Below, in pieces: positions 56,172-64,000 of a stretch of DNA of 64,000 bases. The notes below the pieces were generated by a model, which did no database searches, had not been told where the DNA came from, and was given only the letters and a program-made list of their open reading frames with translations. Position numbers and translations under genes: made by a program. Each line of letters opens with the position of its first letter. The stretch's first letter is position 1. The stretch comes from Camelus dromedarius (lineage: Eukaryota), in assembly GCF_036321535.1 (NCBI RefSeq), contig NC_087437.1, forward strand, positions 50,532,001 through 50,596,000, in the 5' to 3' direction.

Positions 56172-57162
56172 CTATAAAAAGAATCCAAACGGAGTAATAA
56201 TTAAACAGGACATGTAAGAACTATCATTGTTTTTTCAAAAGAATCTCAATTTTTAAAAACTTGAAACCAAGTCCAGATACGATCTTAGTTAAACCTTAAA
56301 CCCACAAAGTGATTCAATAAGATTCTCTGTGTGGGAAGAAATTAACCTAGAAATCAGAAGTTACAGTTCTGGCTGTAACTTGTCCTTGATCACCTCACGT
56401 GCTTGCTCCTTGGTTGGCAGCTGACCCTGGCAACAGACTCAGAGACAAGTAGAAAGCCCAGGCACTTTAAGATCATCTAGTTCAGCTTTTTCAAACTTTT
56501 TTTGACTAGAATCTGAAGTAAAAACTATGTCTGACTTCACAACCTGGTACACACAGAAGTTTCAAGAAAGAAAATTTCCCCTGCATTTTGACAGTTTCTG
56601 TTCTATTCCACTTTATTAAATAAAATCTTGGTCAAACTATAATCTGAAAAATACTGATCTAATTCACCTCTCTGATAACACAGGTCTGAACAATTAAGCT
56701 CAGAGAAGTAAAGGGAAGGAGCCAAGCAAGGGGAGCAGAAAGAATGCTGGGTGTGGGGCTGGAGGGGCCCCACCAACCAGCTGCTGGTGACCACAGACAA
56801 GTCACTTGACATCAGCATTTCTCAATCTTTTTTCCATTATGGCCCTCTAATGTGAAAACATAAATATTAAGGAATAAGATTTTGTAGAAGGGGTTGAGCT
56901 TTGGAGAGCCACTAACTCTGCTAACATCTAAGGTTTTTCTGCTCTCTCAAGAACTAATTTTCGCTTTACAGCTCAGGCTTCAGTGTCCTCACATAGATAG
57001 GAGGAGACTGTAAGTGGTGATCTTGAAGATACTCTTCAGTTTTAAAAGTACACAATTTTACTCTGAATTCTTGTATAAATAAGAAATGGAGAAGCAGGAA
57101 GCCTAAAGACTTGTGTGAGGTGTCTTAACCAGGCAGAAGTTCATTAAGGTCTAGAAACAATT

Positions 57163-57620
57163 TTTAAGTCCCATAAGAATGCGGGAACAGAGAAAAGGCA
57201 GTCAAACAGTAGTGCAGCAACAGAGCAGAGTCCTAGTTCCTCCTCAAGGGGTAAACATAACAGTATATTCTTGAGCTTCTGCAGGAACTAAGGCCCCTAT
57301 CCAGGAGAACAGGGATTGATGATGTTGATTCTCCTGAGTGTTGACTCTCCTGACTTCAATCAACCAAGACTACTGGGACTCTGTTGACCTTTGCCCCAAT
57401 TCTATGCTGAATTCTCCTCTGTTCAAGCCCCTTCATGAATATGCAAGTACCCTTAGCTTCAAACTTCCCTAATTTTGCTGTTCTGGGAGACACTGCTTTG
57501 GGTTAAGATCCACAGTGCTCTCCTTACTTCTTGCAAATAATAATCCTTCTCCCGATCTCTGGCTTGGTTTGTCTATTGGCTCAACATCCACCAAAAGGTG
57601 AACCCAGTTTTCAGAAAACA
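57163..57620 (+). mobile_element. ERV1-class solo LTR related to the one at 2770-3433, in MCCC1 intron 1 and antisense to the gene
   Basis: Shared blocks (ctatgctgaattctc, ttttgctgtt.gggagacactgctttggg..aagatcc, acccagttttc); ends in CA; possible AATT TSD at 57159-57162 and 57621-57624. Confidence 0.75.
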
Positions 57621-58874
57621 AATTCACTGACAAACCAACAAATTGCAGAAGCAATTTCACCTTAGTCTTTTCTGTCCGTAACTGGAAGATATGACAAAAC
57701 TATAGTTACAAAGAACTAACCATTTTAAACCCTTTACAAAGCAGGTCATAAAAAGCACAATGTATATTAGGTACTATGTAATTATGTATGTGTCCTATAT
57801 ACATATACTATATATAAAAAACTGTGTAGCTGAATGAACTAGCCTTTCACTGGAGTAGAGATGTAGGAGGCCAGATCACTAGAGTGGACCATACACTCAC
57901 AGCCCCATGATGCACACTGAACCAGATGTTGACATCCACCAAGGGCTTGTGAAAAGACCCACAGCTTTGGTACTTGAGCTCTACAAGATGGTTTTCTCAG
58001 AAGGCTACTGCTTACCCACATCTTTCCAATCAACTGATCTCACTTTCTTGATCTTCAAGGGGAGGGGGAATCACAGCATCTTCCTATCACAATCTTTGAT
58101 AGGTTTACTGATAGATTCAAGGACTGTTCTGGTCAATGTGTCTAGAAAATGACTACTTCTTGGTAAATCCAGCTTCAGCCTCTGATTAAGTGTTAAGAAC
58201 ACTGTTGAACTAAATTTCTCTTCTGCCATTTTCCAGTGAAGACCGACAGACAACCACATGCGTGCGTGCGCATGCGCGCACCCCCCCCCCTTTAACTGCA
58301 ATCTTCTATTCTAATAATGTTCTGATTGGTCTTTTCCATTTTCCACCATTATCTAAACTACAATGTAAAACAATGGCTTAAACAATATTAAGCCGTTGCT
58401 TCCATGAGATAATTCCACCCTGATTCAAAAATTTCTATACCAGTTTATCCTCATTTTAAAAATTCCACTAGACAGATTTCTTTTCTGAGTGACTAGAGAA
58501 TCATGACATAAAAAGACATGTAAACACTCTATATACCAAAAAGATTTTTAATTCTACATGCCATTAACAATTTTCCAGGGTGACAATACTTGAGAATAGT
58601 TCTATACATAACAGCTAAGATTTGAGAGGGGGAGGGAAGTGAGAGAAAATGGGTCTGTTTAATAATCTGAAGAGCCCTGGAAACTTAAGAAATATCAGGA
58701 AAAGGAGAAGAGCACTAACACCACTTTCACCAACTGTCTTAATTTTGTTCTGGGACTAGTCCCACAATTAAGACCCTGGAAATCTGCATACATCTACAAT
58801 AACTTATGGAAAATAAAAGCAAACAAAAAGCTTGATCTAAATGGTTGAGTTTACAAAGGCTGTATCTATGGACT

Positions 58875-59125
58875 GATTCATATGCACCAAATTCCGTTTA
58901 AGCCTCTTTACATGTATTAATTCATTTAATTCGCACAATCCAAGGTACTAGTGTTATCTCTTCAAAGGATTGTATCATCATCTCCCCCTAGATAAAGAAA
59001 CTAAAGCAGAGAGATATTAAGTAACTTGCCCAATTTGCCCAACGTTGCTCTAACACATCTAGTGAGTACAAAGACGAGACCCCTGCCTTCTGACTGCAGA
59101 GTCTGTGCGCTTCAGCACTGAGCTA
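58875..59125 (-). mobile_element. MIR SINE
   Basis: tttacatgtattaattcatttaat...agataaagaaactaaagcagagagatattaagtaacttgccc. Confidence 0.7.
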
Positions 59126-59579
59126 CAGAATTTTTCTGGAATGATGGAGGAGGGAGAGACAAAGAAAGCTAAAGAAACCTGCTACCTGAGGGTGTCTTCA
59201 CTACCAAAGTTACTGTCATCAAAGTTTAAATTTTGAAACTGGAGTCAGATTAGCTAGAGTGCGTCATCTGATAGCTTTGTTCAAACTTGTGTACAACAAA
59301 GCTTATGACAAAATAACCTCTCAGCCCTATGGAAGACAAACTTGTTTTGTTAACTTGATTCATTTCAGCGAAGAGAAAGTACTCCAAGAGTCTTCAGCTG
59401 AACCTAAAAGGGCCTGAGGGCATCCTGGCGCCATTTCTTACAACTAGTGTAAACCAGGGCAAACCGACGACCCCTTCGAACTTCATTCACCAGAACCGGG
59501 ATTATAGCAACACTCCCCACAGAGGGAATGCGGTGAAAGCACAATGCTAATGGTTAGCAGCTGCACAAGCGTTTTCCTT

Positions 59580-60390
59580 GCTCCTGTGGCGAGGGGAGCA
59601 AGGAGACGACAGGCCCAGCTTCACCCCTCACCCACTCCTCACAAACGGGCAGAGGACTGAAGGGTGGACGTGTGGCAGGGAGAAGAAAGGGAAGGGCTGA
59701 GTGCGCCTCCCTCCCGACGCCGAGTATGAAAGCAGGGCCCCCGGCAATGGGTCGGAGTTTTCCTACCGTCCTCCCCTCCGCCCCTCGGCCCTCCGCCCCG
59801 CCTCGCCTCCCAAAGCGTGCACGAGTCCATTCACCCGCGGGCCCCGACACTTATCCGCGGGCCCCGACACTTATCCACCGCCCCTCCACCCGCCGTTACC
59901 TGGGCAGCAGCAGCAAACTTGGGACTCGCTGCCACCGGTTCCTCTCCGCCGCCAAGAGCAGCACCGACACCACAGAGGCAGCCGCCATGTCCCTGCAGCC
60001 CGGCCGCCCTCGGACTCGTAGTTACAGCACCTGCGACCCACTCACTACAACACCTTGCCTCCGCTCCGCAAGCCTATTGTCCTCCGCGGGCCACCGTCCA
60101 GGTCAAAGCTGAGCAATAGGCAGACCGCAGCGTGTCAGGGGCGTCGCCACCAAAACCAATCAAAGAACAGAGCAGAGCTTCGATGGCTGCGATTGGCCAA
60201 TCGGGTGGTGTAGTCCCAGCTTCCTCCGCCCCCTGCGCCAACTCAAGGAGGGGTCGGCTACGCCCTCAGCCTCCTTGAGACCCGGATCACTGTTTTTCCC
60301 TTTGGCCCCGGCGTTCCTACGTTCTGGAATTCTCCTGACCATTATCATTAAAGCTCCAGGAAGCCGGGGAGGCGGAGTCATGGGGAAAAG
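59580..60390 (-). promoter_or_regulatory. CpG island / TATA-less MCCC1 promoter with CCAAT boxes and GC boxes
   Basis: High GC and CpG density around exon 1; CCAAT at about 60156 and on both strands at 60190-60203; GC box CTCCGCCCC at about 60224 and GGGAGGCGGAG at about 60367; GGGACTACA on the minus strand at about 60209-60217. Confidence 0.85.
59900..59988 (-). CDS. MCCC1: MCCC1 coding exon 1 ([30 protein letters not shown]), mitochondrial targeting presequence
   Basis: ATG in good Kozak context (GACATGG) at 59988; donor CAG|GTAACG at 59899; 89 nt; inside the CpG island. Confidence 0.95.
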
Positions 60391-60519
60391 TCATTTAGGG
60401 TGGAGAGCAAGATAATAGTGGTTTCAAGAATGGATAAAATAAAACAAATAACTAAAATATAATTTAAAACCACCCGAGATTTTTAAAAAGTGTTTTCATT
60501 GTCTATGGGGGCGGGGAGG

Positions 60520-61810
60520 GGGGGAGGAAGTCAAAACTGAATTGCAGAATATCTAGGAAATAAAAGTACTGAAAACACTACGTATAAATGCTGACTTCAT
60601 ATAACTAAAGCAGAGTTTACAGGAGGATTCGTAGTGAAAGTAAATTAAGCCTCCAATTCAAGGATTAGAAAAAAAAATACACAAGGAAATTAAATTTTTT
60701 AATTAAGAAATTATTAAAGATGAAAATTAATGAATTAAGAGAACTAATATCAAAGCACCAATAAATCTGCAGGTTCAGAAAGTAAGGCCAAAAAAAATAG
60801 TTAATCAGAAGTAAAGGGGAGAAATGCACACTTGCTATGATTAAAAAAACGTAAGTGAGAAAAGGTACAGGTATAGAAAAAAATTGTAAATTTGTAAGAC
60901 TATTTTTCTCACTGTAAGTGAATAAACTTTGACGACCTTGATGAAATGGATGATGTTCAAGACAAGAAAATACAATTTACCCAAATAGATCTTGAGATAG
61001 AAAATCTACTCAAACTGTTACCATAAAAGAACTAGAGAATGTTATTGTCAAAGACCTATCTCTCTTACTACCTTCAGTTCCACCTTCACCTCCACCTCCA
61101 AACCACGTGGCCCACCTTGTGTCACAAGGAAATTCCACCAAAAGCAGTTGATTCCTATGTATTAATTCTGTTGCAGAGCACAGAAAAAAACTGGAAGTCT
61201 TCCAAAATATTTCCATTAAATGATCATAACATGACTACCAAAATCTAGCAAAGGTAGTGTGTATACACACACACACAATAGTTAAATTTCTTCATTTATG
61301 AATATTAATGGAAAATCCCAATATATTATTCAAAAAGTATCTAGTAACATGGAAAGAGTAATACACCATGACTAAGTTTTATTCAAGAAATGTAAGAAGG
61401 TTCGATATTAATATAAGTAATTAATCTGATTAGTAGTTTAAAAGAAAAAAAATTATATCATGTTCATACATGCTTTTAGGTCTTTGATAAAATTCAACAT
61501 TCATTCTATATTTTAATACTCAATACTCAAAAAGTGTTATTGGGGAAAACGGCAAGCACTCTGAGGAAAAAAAAAGTTGACCCCCTACTCACTCCTCACA
61601 CTTAGCACCAAAATAAGTCCTGAATGGATAAAAGATTAAATATAGAAAATGAAAGCATAAAAGTGCTAGAAAGCATCAAGGGATATCTTAAAGGAGGAAA
61701 GGATTTTCTAAGTGTAACACAATACTCAGAAACTGAAACAGAAAAAGAACTGATAAATTCAACTGTATAATTTTTAAAAATCTGCACAGCAAAAACATAC
61801 ATGTAGAAAA
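60520..61810 (+). mobile_element. Very old L1 (L1ME-like) ORF2 fragments
   Basis: A-rich sequence with degenerate L1 ORF2 segments (tttgataaaattcaacattcattc, gatgaaatggat). Confidence 0.5.
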
Positions 61811-61964
61811 GAACAGAGTAAACTGGGCTTGATCCTGGGCATGTCATTTCCATACCAGTTCTATTTTGCAACTGATTACTGCTAGACCCATCCAACCATA
61901 TTACTTAGTGGATTTGACAGAATTTAGCTCGAAAGTGGTCAATTCTGTGAAGTAAATGAAGTGC

Positions 61965-62310
61965 TCAATTCTAAGCGAAGTAAGCCAGAAAGAGAAAATT
62001 ATTGTATGATATCACTTATATATGGAATCTTAAAAAATGAGGCAATTGAACTTATTTACAAACAGAAACTGACTCCCAGACATGGAAAACAAAATTGTGG
62101 TTGCCAGTGGGGAGACAAAGGATAGAGGGTTGAATTCAGAGTTCGGGATTTGCACATATACATGTACATATAAAATAGATGAACAGCAAGTTCCCACTAT
62201 ATAGCACAGGGAACTATATTCAATACCCTGTAATAGCCTATAATAAAAGAGAATATGAAAAGGAATATATATGGATAACTGACTCACTATGCTGTATGCC
62301 AGGGGAAAAA
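61965..62310 (+). mobile_element. L1 3'UTR fragment (artiodactyl-type)
   Basis: ctaagcgaagtaagccagaaagagaaa...tatagcacagggaactatattcaataccctgtaat; similar to 26080-26440 and 7035-7270. Confidence 0.8.
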
Positions 62311-62329
62311 AAGTGGTCAGTTCTGGATG

Positions 62330-63050
62330 TATAGTCACTTAGCGTCCCAAGTTCAAAGTTCCAGGACACAGTAATACACCAAAAGCTGTTTCTCAAAGGG
62401 CATATATTTCTCTGCTGCAAATGGCATGGCCTTAGCATTTTTCCAGAATGCCTGGGGCCTGTGTTATGATTCTACCACTAGAGTTTGCCAAGAATTCCAT
62501 ATCGTACCTTTTCCCACTGCTGAGACCTCCAACACCATAAGGTCCATCTGATTGTACCGCTCAAGCAGCAGGGCTGATTGCATTGTGGCCTAGAGTTGTG
62601 CTGCCCTTTCCTGCTCCGGTCCCACTCAAAACTGGTAGATTTTTATGTCACCTGGTAAATGAGCCAGAGGAATTTTCCCAGCTGTAGAATGTTGCCTCCA
62701 GAACCTAAAGAGGCCTACCTGGCTCTGTGCTTCCTTCTTTGTGGAAAAGATGCAAGATGCAAAACATCTGTGTTTTATTTTGGAAGGGATATTCTGGCAT
62801 GCCCTTGATCCCCTGAGTACTTGACTGAAGTAGTCAATCCCTGGATCTTCCTAGGGTTTGTCTCCTACCTCCTGGAACACGTGTCTAACCAAGGCCTGCC
62901 ACATAATAATTGCTTCGTGCTTGTCCTGTCTAATTAACATGATGTTGTCAATGTAGCGGTTCAGTGTGAGATCCCATGGGATGTCTGTGTGGTCTAGATC
63001 TCTTTGGATTATGACAGAGGACAGGAGAGTTAACAAATTCCTGAGGCAAA
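62330..63050 (-). mobile_element. ERVL-class internal pol (reverse transcriptase) remnant
   Basis: ORF 62851..63036 contains QRDLDH...RYIDNIML, resembling the ERVL RT motif YIDDIML; next frame resembles ACQNIPSKIK. Confidence 0.75.
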
Positions 63051-63320
63051 GCTATAAATAAATGTCATAGAACAATGGGCCAACAACCAGGCTTCATGGA
63101 GAGGCAAGTCAGCTGAGCAGTTGCTGGTCCAGGAGTTGAGAGGCTCTCTCCCGGGTAAGGGCTACACCTAGGGCAGAGTTGGAAGCAGGCTGGAATGGGC
63201 CCTGCTCCCATTACCCTTTTACAGGTTCCTATTAAACTATTTTCCTTAGCGTATGTACTGGAATTTACATACCCGAGTTTCCTCTAAAAAGCAAACCAGT
63301 AATTCCTCTTTGACAGTGGA

Positions 63321-63764
63321 TGTGGGATAGACAGCATCAGGATGGCCCCCTTTGATTTCCACCTCTCCTGGTCTTCATTCTTACTTTGTACCAGGGATGG
63401 TCGGTGTGACCACTGGAACACAGCAGGAATGATGATATTGTCACTTCTATGATTAGGTGGTCAGTCTCCCTCGGATCATTTGCCCTGGTGAAAGCCAGCT
63501 GCCGTGTTGTAAGCATCCCTATGGATATGCCATCTGGTGTGAACTTGGAAGCAGAATCTTCAGCCCCAGTTGACCCTTCAGATGACTGCAGCTCTGGCCA
63601 ACAGCTGAAGTGCCACTTGGTAAGAGACCTTGAGCCAGAACCATCCAGCTAAGCTGTTCCCAGATTTCTGACCCTCAGAAACTGTGTGAGAATAATAAAC
63701 ATTTGTTGTTTTAAGCTGCTAAGTCATGAGGTAATTTGTCCCATAGCTATAGATAACTAATACA
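63321..63764 (+). mobile_element. MLT1-family (MaLR) LTR
   Basis: TG start; typical MLT1 3' end ccagctaagct...cagaaactgtg...aataaacatttgttgttttaagctgctaag...ataactaataca. Confidence 0.85.
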
Positions 63765-64000
63765 TAACTTCTTACTTAGCTCAGCCCCTACCAGAATGCT
63801 TGGCATTTGGGAAAGTCCTTAATTGATGCTGGTTGAATGAATGAATGAATGAATGGATACATTGTGGCAGCACTTAAATAAACCAGTAATCCAGTCAGGT
63901 AGCCTGGACTAAGAGTTGAGAATTTTAATTTGTAACTTTAATGTGGTTTATCTTCTCAGAAATTCAGTTTCTCTCAAATAGGTCTTCCTGCCTATTAATA

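Noticed and set aside
59554..60381. Several 60-146 aa ORFs across the CpG island
   Set aside because: Pro/Arg/Ala-rich frames are expected in GC-rich DNA with few stop codons; only the 89-nt exon 1 frame is supported.
62851..63036. RT-like ORF as a possible domesticated retroviral gene
   Set aside because: Short and frameshifted, with the catalytic YIDD read as YIDN; a decayed ERVL fragment.

Overview
Mammalian genomic DNA, most likely a camelid, judging by several Vic-1-like tRNA-derived SINEs. The window holds the complete, intact MCCC1 gene (methylcrotonoyl-CoA carboxylase alpha, the biotin-containing subunit) on the minus strand. I traced 19 coding exons from the ATG at 59988 to the TAA at 9065, all with GT-AG introns. 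They sum to 2178 nt (725 aa plus stop), and a CpG-island/CCAAT promoter lies at about 59.6-60.4 kb. The rest is ordinary interspersed repeat: L1, L2, MIR, SINE, ERV1/ERVL/MaLR LTRs, and Tigger/hAT DNA transposons. Repeat family names come from my recall of consensus sequences, not from a search. I found no second protein-coding gene and no new gene system. The most unusual signals are local templated duplications inside MCCC1: a ~266-bp, ~97%-identical inverted repeat in intron 4; a ~75-bp direct repeat bracketing the biotin-attachment exon 18; a duplicated 5' splice site after exon 12; and a possible SINE-L1 chimeric insertion.
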